A DNA stretch of 57,433 nt, from positions 1 through 57,433 of the IMG/VR virus record IMGVR_UViG_3300007512_000043, one strand, 5' to 3'. The translations under genes were made by a program, and so were the position numbers. The notes under the pieces are model-generated. The model was not told the DNA's origin and did no database searches. It saw only the letters and a list, made by a program, of their open reading frames with translations. This stretch comes from a virus. Lineage: Duplodnaviria; Caudoviricetes. Numbering within the stretch: the stretch's first letter is position 1; each line of letters begins with the position of its first letter. Shown one piece after another: positions 9,146 through 18,631 of this stretch.

Positions 9146-9383
9146 GGAGTGCGATAGCTTAAGGAAGCTTATCCTTGGGGAGATTGCGGCCCTGCAAGAG
9201 AAGTCGTCGCGACTTCTTATTATATCCATAGACGACCCCAAGAAACTTGCCGATGCCCAAGGTGTTGCAGAACAGGCCAATAAACTGGTAAAGTTTCTGG
9301 GTGTTTTTGATACAATTGCAAGAGGTGAGTACGATTTTATGAACGTGCAGTTAAACATTTCGGAGAAATTATTATGGCAGTAG
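9075..9383 (+). CDS. Hypothetical protein (between portal and scaffold)
   Basis: 102-aa helical ORF overlapping both neighbours. Confidence 0.55.
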   Translation: MITLSHHPPESQRVLEIQNWLRSKECDSLRKLILGEIAALQEKSSRLLIISIDDPKKLADAQGVAEQANKLVKFLGVFDTIARGEYDFMNVQLNISEKLLWQ

Positions 9384-10846
9384 CAGATGCAGTACAAAGA
9401 ATGGTAGACATCCAGCGCCCCCCGGGCGTCAGGACGACGAGTATGGAGATAGGCAAGCCGGGTGACGCAGTGCCCCCGGGAGAAGTCGAGTCTCCTCCGG
9501 TAGAGCCCCCGGTTCAAGAGCCCCCTCAGATCGAGGAGGCCCCCCCGGCTGAGGAGGCTCCTGTTGAAGAGAAGTCCGAGGGCTCGGTTGATGACGCAAC
9601 TGAAAGGCTAATGGAGCGTTTGGGCTACAGGGCCTCAAAGTCTGAGCCTGAGCCTGAGCCCGAGGAAGCCCCTGTTGAAGAGGAAGCCCCTGTTGAAGAG
9701 GAGCCGAAGGCAAAGAAGAAGCGAGGCCGCCCGCGTAAGGACCTTTCTGCTGACGAGATTAAGGACATAATCCGCGAGACAGCCCAGTCTGTGGCACCTC
9801 AGGTATCCGAGCCAGAGATTCCCGATATTCCGGCAACCAAGGACGAGGTCGAGGAGCTTAACCGGGAAGACCTAGAGGTTTTTTCCGAGCTTGAGGTAAA
9901 GAACCCCAAGTATTCTGGGATTAGGGATCGCTACAAAACCTACCTGAACTCACTTGCGTCCTATAAGGATGAGTGGCAGAAGGAGAATCCAAGCCAGAGG
10001 TTTGATCCGCAAGACCCGGAGCATGAAGAGTGGACTCAGGCCAACATGCCCGAGTTTGATGACAGGGATTTTGATGACGCCAGAATAGAAGCCAAGGCCA
10101 AGCGCCTGCTGAAGGACTCGGAGCGCAAATACATGAGCGAGCTTGAGTCTGTCAAATCGGAGGTTGCTGAGGCAAATATGAAGACAGAGCTTGAGCAGGG
10201 CGCGAACAACTCAATAGCTGAGGTGGTAAACTTTGTTGATGAGGGGTACCTTAAACTAGTTCAGGAAAAAGGTGGAGAGGCTTTTGAAGAGGCTGACCCG
10301 ATTGCCCATCACGTCATAAACGAGACGCTTGCCTCAGGCGAGGAGGCGCTTTATGAGCTTGAGAAGCTTGCCCATCCCAGTAAAAAGTTCAAGATCAACA
10401 TCAATAACGATGTTCACAAGGAGTTGATTGACTTTGCGGTTGGCAAGGAGAGGGAGATTTCTGCCCTCCCCCAAGGTGACCAGATGCACGAAGGCAAGCG
10501 GTTCGCTACAACAGAGCAATGGATGAAGATGCCGCCCTCAAGAAGGGAGAGCCACTGGAAGCTGGAGCCACAGCACATCAAGACGATGTATGTCAGCGAC
10601 CTAGCGAAACAGGCAAAGGAGAAGATAAGTGCAGAAAAGGATCGCTTTAATAGGTATGTAAATAAAAGCTCCGGGAATAAAAAATCCCAGCCTAGATCAG
10701 CTCAACCTTTTCCTGTACAAAGCAGGGTTACAAAACCTCAACCACCGGCCACATCTGGAGAAGCTGTTTCGTCAACAGCTACATCTGAGCAAGGAAAGGT
10801 TAATCTCGATGGGCAAGAAAAACTGAAGAAGTATCTTTGGGGGTGA
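9374..10846 (+). CDS. Capsid scaffolding protein (putative)
   Basis: Highly acidic P/E-rich N-terminus, coiled-coil character, positioned immediately before the capsid gene; includes a KRGRPRK AT-hook-like motif. Confidence 0.6.
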   Translation: MAVADAVQRMVDIQRPPGVRTTSMEIGKPGDAVPPGEVESPPVEPPVQEPPQIEEAPPAEEAPVEEKSEGSVDDATERLMERLGYRASKSEPEPEPEEAPVEEEAPVEEEPKAKKKRGRPRKDLSADEIKDIIRETAQSVAPQVSEPEIPDIPATKDEVEELNREDLEVFSELEVKNPKYSGIRDRYKTYLNSLASYKDEWQKENPSQRFDPQDPEHEEWTQANMPEFDDRDFDDARIEAKAKRLLKDSERKYMSELESVKSEVAEANMKTELEQGANNSIAEVVNFVDEGYLKLVQEKGGEAFEEADPIAHHVINETLASGEEALYELEKLAHPSKKFKININNDVHKELIDFAVGKEREISALPQGDQMHEGKRFATTEQWMKMPPSRRESHWKLEPQHIKTMYVSDLAKQAKEKISAEKDRFNRYVNKSSGNKKSQPRSAQPFPVQSRVTKPQPPATSGEAVSSTATSEQGKVNLDGQEKLKKYLWG

Positions 10847-10884
10847 TATACTGTCTCCCGTAACTCTTAACGGAGGAAAATATC

Positions 10885-12954
10885 ATGGGAGCAGGATCAC
10901 CTTATTCAAATAACGCAGCCCATCAAGGCCACGGCCCGGGCGGAACGCAAACCAAGTTATACCCGGCAAACGCCAATGCTAGGGACTCGCAAGGACTTCC
11001 AACTTCAGCCACGGCTGCTGTTTGGAACTCATACAACACTGAAGGGACAATAACTCGATCCAGTGTGGGCCTTGCGGCCCCAGCCGACTTGGACAACATA
11101 TTCACGGACGGTACTAACTACCGTGACATGACTCACCTGTTAACGACTTCATTGGAGTTGGCAACATGTGGGGCTCGACAGTACGGATTGTACGATTGGC
11201 TGATTTCTAGCGCACAGAGCGTTGGAAATCTGGTAAACACCAAGAAGATTCAGGGTTCAGGCTTTGAGGTTGACCCGTTCATCCTCGCAGCACAGAAGGA
11301 TTTCATTAAGGATTCCTACTGGGTTGTTAACGCAATCTATCAATCTGGCTACGAAGTGGCCCCTGCATCCGGCACAAACCTTACGGCTGCTGGTGCTACC
11401 GAGGAGCTGCTAACAGGAGTGGCTTCTGGTTCCAACATAATCAAGGTAAGTGTCCCGGCAACGGGCAACCAGCCGGTTGCGAACAACTACTTTGTTCCCG
11501 GTCAGCATCTATTCTTGTTTATAAAGGATGCCACTGGTGCTGCATACCGCCTTGAGTTTGAGGTCGTTCAGGCCAAGGGCGGCTCGGCTGCGATTCAAGG
11601 CGGCGCAGCAAATGATTACGTCGACATCGAGGTTACCTTCGTTGGTGGCTATGGTGCTGGAAAGTCTGTTTCGACAGGAACGGATGCTGGTGACTGGAAC
11701 GCATCCTTCAGGGTTGGCAGTTCTGTTAGCGTCAACGCATTGTCATTCAAGCTGTCAAAGGCTGGCAGCGGTGTGGTTGTTGCTGGGTCGAACAACGTCA
11801 GTGATTTTGAGAAATGGTGCGAAAATCGCCCAGCTCTGAATACCCTGAAACATATTCCGTTCTGGTATCAAACCTCACGCTTCACGCTCACTGTAGACCA
11901 GTTCTACAAGGAGTGGTTGCAACGGATGATGTCACAAAACACGTTCTTCCAGAAGTTTGGTGACGTTCCTTTGGCTGAGCGCAACAAGCAGTTGGGGCTC
12001 ATGTTCCAAAAGGAATGGGTGAACCAGTTCTTCTGGGGTCAACCGCTTTCGGGGCAGACTCTGGCTTTATACCAATCTGGGGACGTAACCGGGCTGGAGA
12101 AAATCAACAGCTACAACCCGTCTGGCATAACGGATGGTGACGCAAGCATTTCTTCCGGTATGGAGGGAAGCTTCATGAGCTACCGTGCCAGTGCAGTTGG
12201 CCTTTACCGGCAACTGAAGGACACGGGACGGGTTCTCGATTTGCAGGGTGCCAAGCTAAACCTTGAGAAGCACCTGTTTGACAAGCTGTTTGAAATTGTC
12301 CGGTCCCGCAAGGACCAAGGAAAAACAGCCGATAGTATTGATGTCTTTACCGACACAAGGACGGCCCGCCAAATCTGGCGTGGAATGATCGAATACTATA
12401 AGAAAGACGCCGATGGTGGCAGTGGCAACATAATGGGTTTGCAGTGGGATATGGCCCAGAAGAGCCTGTTTGGCGGGTTCTATTCTACCTCGTATGTCCT
12501 GCATCACCCGGTTGGAGTCACGATGAACATCATTACCAATGAGTTCTTCGATGACATGCTAACGGTGGCAGAGTTTGGTGACACCAAGGGTTACCTTGGT
12601 GTTCCGAACACGACGGACGGTCCATCTGGGAGCCCATACGACGGAAGCGGCTCTGGGACCGGGGCGACCGGCGATGCCGGTACGTCAGATGGTTCTGGCG
12701 GCAGGTTCCTGATGATCCTCGACTTGGGTGGCGGCATCTATCCGGGAATAGTTGCATCAAATCGTGTGGTTCACTCTACGGGTGATCTTAACGACCTTGC
12801 CAAGATTAACTCTGGTTACTCTTGCGTGATGGCAAACCCGACCAAGGAGGTTACGATGAACTCGCAAACGTGGACGGTAATTGTTGAGTGTCCGACCGAT
12901 AACCTGATTATCGAGAACTTCAGCAACGAGATTCCGGCCCCCGGAATTAGCTAA
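10885..12954 (+). CDS. Major capsid protein (putative)
   Basis: Follows the scaffold, has a strong GGAGG RBS and is followed by an intrinsic terminator. At 689 aa it would carry insertions. Confidence 0.65.
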   Translation: MGAGSPYSNNAAHQGHGPGGTQTKLYPANANARDSQGLPTSATAAVWNSYNTEGTITRSSVGLAAPADLDNIFTDGTNYRDMTHLLTTSLELATCGARQYGLYDWLISSAQSVGNLVNTKKIQGSGFEVDPFILAAQKDFIKDSYWVVNAIYQSGYEVAPASGTNLTAAGATEELLTGVASGSNIIKVSVPATGNQPVANNYFVPGQHLFLFIKDATGAAYRLEFEVVQAKGGSAAIQGGAANDYVDIEVTFVGGYGAGKSVSTGTDAGDWNASFRVGSSVSVNALSFKLSKAGSGVVVAGSNNVSDFEKWCENRPALNTLKHIPFWYQTSRFTLTVDQFYKEWLQRMMSQNTFFQKFGDVPLAERNKQLGLMFQKEWVNQFFWGQPLSGQTLALYQSGDVTGLEKINSYNPSGITDGDASISSGMEGSFMSYRASAVGLYRQLKDTGRVLDLQGAKLNLEKHLFDKLFEIVRSRKDQGKTADSIDVFTDTRTARQIWRGMIEYYKKDADGGSGNIMGLQWDMAQKSLFGGFYSTSYVLHHPVGVTMNIITNEFFDDMLTVAEFGDTKGYLGVPNTTDGPSGSPYDGSGSGTGATGDAGTSDGSGGRFLMILDLGGGIYPGIVASNRVVHSTGDLNDLAKINSGYSCVMANPTKEVTMNSQTWTVIVECPTDNLIIENFSNEIPAPGIS

Positions 12955-12990
12955 TCCTAGCCTGCTACTGGCGTATAGGAATAAAAATAG

Positions 12991-13019
12991 CGGGGCGGTT
13001 GTCATGACCGCCCCGTTTT
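12991..13019 (+). terminator. Rho-independent terminator after the capsid gene
   Basis: CGGGGCGGT-tgtcatg-ACCGCCCCG hairpin followed by TTTT, with an A-run upstream. Confidence 0.8.
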
Positions 13020-13039
13020 CTGTTATACTGCGGGCTGCT

Positions 13040-13465
13040 ATGGCGAAGCCGAAAACGCACTACTGGAAGAAGTCAGACCCTAGGAATCCCGTTCTACTGG
13101 AAAATGGGGGCTATCTTGAACTCGAAATAGTTGACCAAGCCACTGGGATTGTGATGGTTACGAACCCTGAGTTGCAGGAAAAACTGGTCGGGATGCTGGG
13201 TACCTACGGACTGGAGCAGATCGACAAGGAAACCTACGAGGACTTAAAAAAAAACAGGTTATCAACCTGCTTAAGGCCGCAGCAGAGGGAAGAGATAGGA
13301 GGGATAAGAGCCTCAACCGCACCAGAGAGGCGACCCCAGCCGGTCGACGCAGGTGTTGCAGCGGCTAACAACGAACGAAGCGCGGTCTTTTCAGAGGCAG
13401 AGAAGGCGCTTCCGCTTCCCGAGGATTACAAACCAAAGGCATCTAAACGCTCTAAACCGACATGA
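13040..13465 (+). CDS. Hypothetical protein
   Basis: ATG at 13040 (MAKPKT); the track start at 13004 falls inside the terminator hairpin. Confidence 0.6.
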   Translation: MAKPKTHYWKKSDPRNPVLLENGGYLELEIVDQATGIVMVTNPELQEKLVGMLGTYGLEQIDKETYEDLKKNRLSTCLRPQQREEIGGIRASTAPERRPQPVDAGVAAANNERSAVFSEAEKALPLPEDYKPKASKRSKPT

Positions 13466-15231
13466 CATTTGCAGAATTAGTAGGGGACCTGAGCGGGGAC
13501 ATCTGGCCGGAAGGCGTGCCAGAGAACCTGCTTGCCCCTATAAGAAAGAACTTTGCGGCAGCAGCCGTAAGCCTACAGCGATACATTCCCTGCTTTCAGG
13601 AGAGGAACATCAATCGCTACCCCCAGTGCTCGACTTACTACCAGAGGGGTATGACAGTATTCGATGCCCCGAAGGGGAGAATTGAAAGACTGTACACTGT
13701 CCAGAATGCAGACGAGGATTATCCTGCTGTCTTCAGACAGGCCCAGAAGCATGAAGTTGAGTGTCATTCGTTTGCGTATATTAAAAGTATATACCCACCT
13801 GCGAATGAAGGTATGGATGTTCTGCCTCTTGGGTTCAAGTACCCTGAGGAGGACAGTGATTTCAAGGTTTCGGTCGACGGAGTCACAGCGACAAAGCAGA
13901 CAACCAAGCACCCCCGCGCAGTGACCGGGCTTTGGGCTGTTGAAAAGAACAAGATTTATGTTTCGCCTTGGCTGAATAGCTACGAGGTTGCTGTGGTTGA
14001 GTGGAGCGGGCTGAAGCAGAGCTATGGAGATGAAGACATCGTATATGATTCGACCGACTGGAAGAGGGCTGTTCGCCTGTACGTCCACAAGGAGTACGCA
14101 CGGGATTTCGACAGTGATTACGAAAAGTACAAGTTCCTTACTGTTGAGTACAATGAGGCACTGGCTGACCTACTTTATGAATGCAAGAAGGAAAGCGAGG
14201 TTAAGCCCTTCCTATACTGCTCTGAAGCGTTCGATATTCTGACAGCCAGAAGGGACGCCCAGATTAAGGCGGGAACAACTGATGCTGTTGCAATCACTTC
14301 TGAGTATGTGTTTGCCCAGATCGGTGACTATGGCGCTTCTGCGGGTAGTGGTAATTACGACGGAACCAATGCTGGCAAGGTGGCAACACTAGTTAAAGGC
14401 TGGGGCCCTCAGTTTATCATTACAACCGGAGACAACAGTTATGACGCTAGTGGGGACGACACGACTGCTGGGCTGTATGATACGAATGTTGGACAGCACT
14501 ACAGTGATTACATCTTTCCGTTCGGCACTGGCCAGTCCAGTACCTACACATCCACTGCAACAGAGAATAAGTTTTTCCCTGCTGTTGGTAATCACGACTA
14601 TGTATCTGACAGCCTTTCAGCGTTTCAGGGTTACTTCACTCTTCCGGGCAACGAAAGGTACTACGATTTCCAGCGAGGAGGTATCCACTTCTTCTGCATC
14701 AACAGCGGTATCGCAACTGATGGAGATGTTGTTGAGCCTGATGCCTTGTCTGGTTCTGCCACCGAGCACAGGGCTGAGGAATCCATAATGGCCAACTGGT
14801 TGGAGGGTAAATTAGCATCATCAAATGCACACTGGAAGGTGGTTTATTTCCATCACCCCCCTCACTCGTCTGACGTTAACATGGGATCAGGTAAAGGCAC
14901 GCCAGCAATGCGTTGGCCTTTTCATGATTGGGATGTTGATGTTGTTATCAGTGGCCACGGCCATCAGTACGAGAGGATAAAGGATGCCAATAACAGTGAT
15001 TTTCCATATATTGTTAATGGCGCAGGAGGTGCCCCGTTAAGGGGATACCACAGCAACGGGCTGGAATCTGGGATTACAAGCGTGCTGAAGTATAACACCA
15101 AGCAAGGTGCTGTACGCGGAACCATCTCTGGTGACACATTAAAGTTTGAGTTTATAGATTATGACGGAACAGTTCAGGACACCTTGACACTAACCAAATC
15201 AGCTAATGCAACTTCAACTACATACTCATAA
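13462..15231 (+). CDS. Fusion: N-terminal putative head-tail adaptor domain + C-terminal calcineurin-like metallophosphoesterase (purple acid phosphatase-like)
   Basis: All metallophosphoesterase motifs are present: GDYG, GDNSY, GNHDY, HHPP, GHGHQYER. The N-terminal ~265 aa (MTFAELVGDL...) is assigned from position only. Confidence 0.8.
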   Translation: MTFAELVGDLSGDIWPEGVPENLLAPIRKNFAAAAVSLQRYIPCFQERNINRYPQCSTYYQRGMTVFDAPKGRIERLYTVQNADEDYPAVFRQAQKHEVECHSFAYIKSIYPPANEGMDVLPLGFKYPEEDSDFKVSVDGVTATKQTTKHPRAVTGLWAVEKNKIYVSPWLNSYEVAVVEWSGLKQSYGDEDIVYDSTDWKRAVRLYVHKEYARDFDSDYEKYKFLTVEYNEALADLLYECKKESEVKPFLYCSEAFDILTARRDAQIKAGTTDAVAITSEYVFAQIGDYGASAGSGNYDGTNAGKVATLVKGWGPQFIITTGDNSYDASGDDTTAGLYDTNVGQHYSDYIFPFGTGQSSTYTSTATENKFFPAVGNHDYVSDSLSAFQGYFTLPGNERYYDFQRGGIHFFCINSGIATDGDVVEPDALSGSATEHRAEESIMANWLEGKLASSNAHWKVVYFHHPPHSSDVNMGSGKGTPAMRWPFHDWDVDVVISGHGHQYERIKDANNSDFPYIVNGAGGAPLRGYHSNGLESGITSVLKYNTKQGAVRGTISGDTLKFEFIDYDGTVQDTLTLTKSANATSTTYS

Positions 15232-17624
15232 TGAATTTCGACAATGTTAAGACAGCAGACTGTGTAAACAAGGCAGTAACTCCAGCAAACAAGACTGATG
15301 TAGTTAAGGACAAGGATTATGTTCCGCCAACGACAGATGACCCCAATTGTTCTGATTACGAATGGGCCGCTCTCAACCCGGACAAGTGTTCAAATGCTCC
15401 GTCGATAGCGCGTCTAATAATTGAGCCATCCCCCGACGCTCAGGTGGAAGAAGGTAAGGTTGCGAAGTTCGACGCAAGGTTAGAGTTTGAGTTTGCAGAC
15501 GGCAAAATTAAGCACAAGAAGGTTACTGAGTTTGCTGACTGGTCTTCTTCAGATGAAGCATTGGCATCCCACACGAGTGATGGGAGGTTCAAAATAGGGC
15601 AGGTAACGGCAGACACAAGCGTTGATGTGTTCGCTTCCTATACACCCGAAGTCGATGGGGAGGTTCATCCAAAGTTAAATGCTTCTGCTCCCCTTGATAT
15701 TAAGGACAACTGCCTTCGCGTTGGAATGGATATTGTTCTCGTTGTGGATCGCAGTGGTTCAATGCTTAGAAAGGATTCTGCCGGAGAGGAAAGGCTTTCT
15801 GCGGCCAAGTCTGCGGCCCTCGGATTGGTGGACGGTGCAAACCTTCCAGATATGGCTCAGGAAGGCACCACAACAACTGGCGACTACGACAGAATGGCTG
15901 TTCTTTCGTATGCAGGGAACAAAGATGAGGGGTCTAATGTAACGACTCATATTAAACTTTCGCCAACCGGAGATTCAATCAGGGCAGGTGTAAACGATAT
16001 TCAGATCGCGGAGGAATGCGGAGGCCAAGGGGTTAACATTAGCACATGTGCTACTGGCATAGGGGGGGGCCTCTCTGATGCGTATGACCTTTTAAAAGCT
16101 GACGGAAAGCTCGGAAAGAGGAAGGTTATTATTGTCCTAACAGACGGGCATGAGAATGTTTGTGAGACTGGGAAGTATCCGAAAGTAATAGCTGACACAA
16201 TAAAGAAAGATGTGGAGCAGGCGGTTAGTTCGATTACGGAGTCGAACGGGACTGCTACTGCAACCTATGCGGTTGCCGCTGGGTCGAACGGCTTTTCTGC
16301 TGGCGAAACAGTGCACATTACTGGGGCTACTGGGGCCAATGCGGCAAAATACAACGGCCCCCATTATATCCTTACTGTCCCAGACGCAACTACATTTACA
16401 TTTGCCGTTGATTCAGAGACAGGGAATGCGGCTGGCACGCTGAAGGCAGCCCGAAACGCAGCCAACACAATGATCGTTGTTGTTGGGTTCCACACCACAG
16501 GCTCCAAGTCAATTCGCAGGTGTGACGGAACAGGCAGGACGGTTGACCAGTTCCTTGGAACTGACATTGCATCCTGCAATCTTTACTACACTGCGTCAAA
16601 CAGGGCTGACTTGGTTAAGGTGTTCCAGAAAATTCACAACCTTATCTGCGCTGACAACCAAGGGGGCAGTCCGTGCCACTATGTTGCCCCGCCCACGGAA
16701 ACCTCTGATAATCCGTGTCTTAATGACAGACATAACTATCACGGGCTTAAGAACTGGTCCCTAAGTAAGGGGAGGATTGACCTTATGGGCGCTGATATCT
16801 GGAGCTCGCTGTCTCCCGGGAATGGGCAATATGTAGGACTCATAGGAAATCGCGGAACCATTATAGGCTCCGACAAGATACAATCATTAAAAGGCACAAA
16901 CTGCCAGAGGTTCAGGGCACCATTTGATGAGCAGTATGGAGGCATACAGACAAAAAAAACATATGTGCTTGAGTCTGGTAAGTACGAGCTCATTGTCAGT
17001 CTGGCTGGAAACAGGGAGGTGTCCTTCCCCAACCTCGGAAACCAACTATGCAGCACTGTTCGTGTTTCTGTCGGCGGAAGACAGGTCGGGAAACTCGACA
17101 GAGCGAATAACAGGTTTGCCAGTGCTCCCGATAGTATCGGGACGGTGGACTGGGGTTTCTTGGACGGTGATCCGAGACTTGTTACAAGGAAGCTTGAAGG
17201 TGCGGTCGCTGAAAAGATTATCACTGTTGATCCGATGAAGGATTTTGCCAACTACTTCCTTCAGTTTGAAGGTGACGGTGAAGATGTACACATCCGTGTT
17301 GAACAGTACCCGCTTGGGTGGAACCTCAACACATACGAACACACCGTGGATTCATCTGTATTTGATGGACACGGGTGTGGAAGCAGGGTTGTTAATCCGG
17401 TATCAGTCAGGGAGTACGGAGGGTTCTGGACCCACAAGGGGCACTTGGTTCCTAACGAGAAGTATGAGGAGCTGCGTTACCAGACGAGTGGTGCTGACGA
17501 GTTCATTGGCCCTGTGCCGTTTGGTATTCTTCTTGGCGAGGTAACGCTTAACGAGGTTCTGTCGGACGGGACAAGGCGGCAGATATTCTACGATAACTTT
17601 GACAACGAGAAGGTTTGCTCATAA
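15231..17624 (+). CDS. Virion-associated protein with Ig-like and von Willebrand A domains
   Basis: 'WSSSDEALAS' Big-2-like motif; MIDAS DRSGS, T (ATGIGGGL) and D (VLTDG). Confidence 0.75.
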   Translation: MNFDNVKTADCVNKAVTPANKTDVVKDKDYVPPTTDDPNCSDYEWAALNPDKCSNAPSIARLIIEPSPDAQVEEGKVAKFDARLEFEFADGKIKHKKVTEFADWSSSDEALASHTSDGRFKIGQVTADTSVDVFASYTPEVDGEVHPKLNASAPLDIKDNCLRVGMDIVLVVDRSGSMLRKDSAGEERLSAAKSAALGLVDGANLPDMAQEGTTTTGDYDRMAVLSYAGNKDEGSNVTTHIKLSPTGDSIRAGVNDIQIAEECGGQGVNISTCATGIGGGLSDAYDLLKADGKLGKRKVIIVLTDGHENVCETGKYPKVIADTIKKDVEQAVSSITESNGTATATYAVAAGSNGFSAGETVHITGATGANAAKYNGPHYILTVPDATTFTFAVDSETGNAAGTLKAARNAANTMIVVVGFHTTGSKSIRRCDGTGRTVDQFLGTDIASCNLYYTASNRADLVKVFQKIHNLICADNQGGSPCHYVAPPTETSDNPCLNDRHNYHGLKNWSLSKGRIDLMGADIWSSLSPGNGQYVGLIGNRGTIIGSDKIQSLKGTNCQRFRAPFDEQYGGIQTKKTYVLESGKYELIVSLAGNREVSFPNLGNQLCSTVRVSVGGRQVGKLDRANNRFASAPDSIGTVDWGFLDGDPRLVTRKLEGAVAEKIITVDPMKDFANYFLQFEGDGEDVHIRVEQYPLGWNLNTYEHTVDSSVFDGHGCGSRVVNPVSVREYGGFWTHKGHLVPNEKYEELRYQTSGADEFIGPVPFGILLGEVTLNEVLSDGTRRQIFYDNFDNEKVCS

Positions 17625-18631
17625 TGCTAAGCATAGAGGAAATAAGAAACAGGGAATACAAGCCCGGGCCAAACCCCGGGCCAGAGAGTTTTTGCACAAT
17701 CATTGACTCCAAGGGCCTGTGGGAGGGAATGTTCAGCCTGTATTCTATACGCCTGTTTCACGACCAGCCGATTTATGTGGTGTGTGACAAGGAGACGAAG
17801 GATGTAATTGAGCGACTTGAGATAAAGGATGTTTACACCAAGCTGGCCGTTGACAAGAAGTCCAATGATAAAATTTTGCACGGCATATTCAAGGGCGGCT
17901 CTGATAAGTTTAACAAGGACTGGCACTTCTTCCACCCCATCGAGCTTATATTTAGAAAGCCCGATGTGGTTGATTTTGCAATGTCAAAGCACAACAACAC
18001 GCTGTTTGTTGACGGAGACATATATTATGTAAAGCCAACTGATGTGGTGTATGATTCAGAAGTGGGCCTCTACCCACAGTGTGCCAACTACTTCCTGAAC
18101 AGCAACGATATATGGCGTGAGAAAATGGAAGCCAAGTACGGCGTGCACACTGCAAGTATGGTTTACACAAACCGAAAAGATTTCACGGAGTGGTGGCGTG
18201 ATACCACAATCAATGACAGTGTCTACTATGAGCAGGAGAACCTGTCCCGGGCAGACAGGGTGTACGACGTAAAGTTTTTCCCGGCTACAGAGCAGCTACA
18301 GAGCTACCATTTTCAGGGCTATGGAGACATGAGTCCGTTCATGGAGGTTCCTTGCGAGCAAGCCCTAGAGCACACTGGATGGAGGATCGACAACGGTCTG
18401 CATGTGCAGGCTGGAGAGGTTACCTCGTTTCATTTCCATTTGGACTTGGGCGGTGTACAGGCCAGAGGGCAGGAGGTGGACTACAAGGCTAAGATTCTTG
18501 GAAGAATGTTTCTTACTATGCTTGCCGAATCAGAGAATGAGAAGCATCGCGATTTGCTTCGGTTTTACAACGAACACATAAGGGTGCACATAAATCCTGA
18601 GTGTGAGTGGAAGGAGGCCGCAAATGCCTAG
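17624..18631 (+). CDS. Putative glycosyltransferase (nucleotide-diphospho-sugar transferase fold)
   Basis: 'SIRLFHDQPIYVVCD', 'NTLFVDGDI' DxD motif, 'YYEQ..L', 'FHFH'; TAATG coupling with the upstream gene. Confidence 0.65.
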   Translation: MLSIEEIRNREYKPGPNPGPESFCTIIDSKGLWEGMFSLYSIRLFHDQPIYVVCDKETKDVIERLEIKDVYTKLAVDKKSNDKILHGIFKGGSDKFNKDWHFFHPIELIFRKPDVVDFAMSKHNNTLFVDGDIYYVKPTDVVYDSEVGLYPQCANYFLNSNDIWREKMEAKYGVHTASMVYTNRKDFTEWWRDTTINDSVYYEQENLSRADRVYDVKFFPATEQLQSYHFQGYGDMSPFMEVPCEQALEHTGWRIDNGLHVQAGEVTSFHFHLDLGGVQARGQEVDYKAKILGRMFLTMLAESENEKHRDLLRFYNEHIRVHINPECEWKEAANA

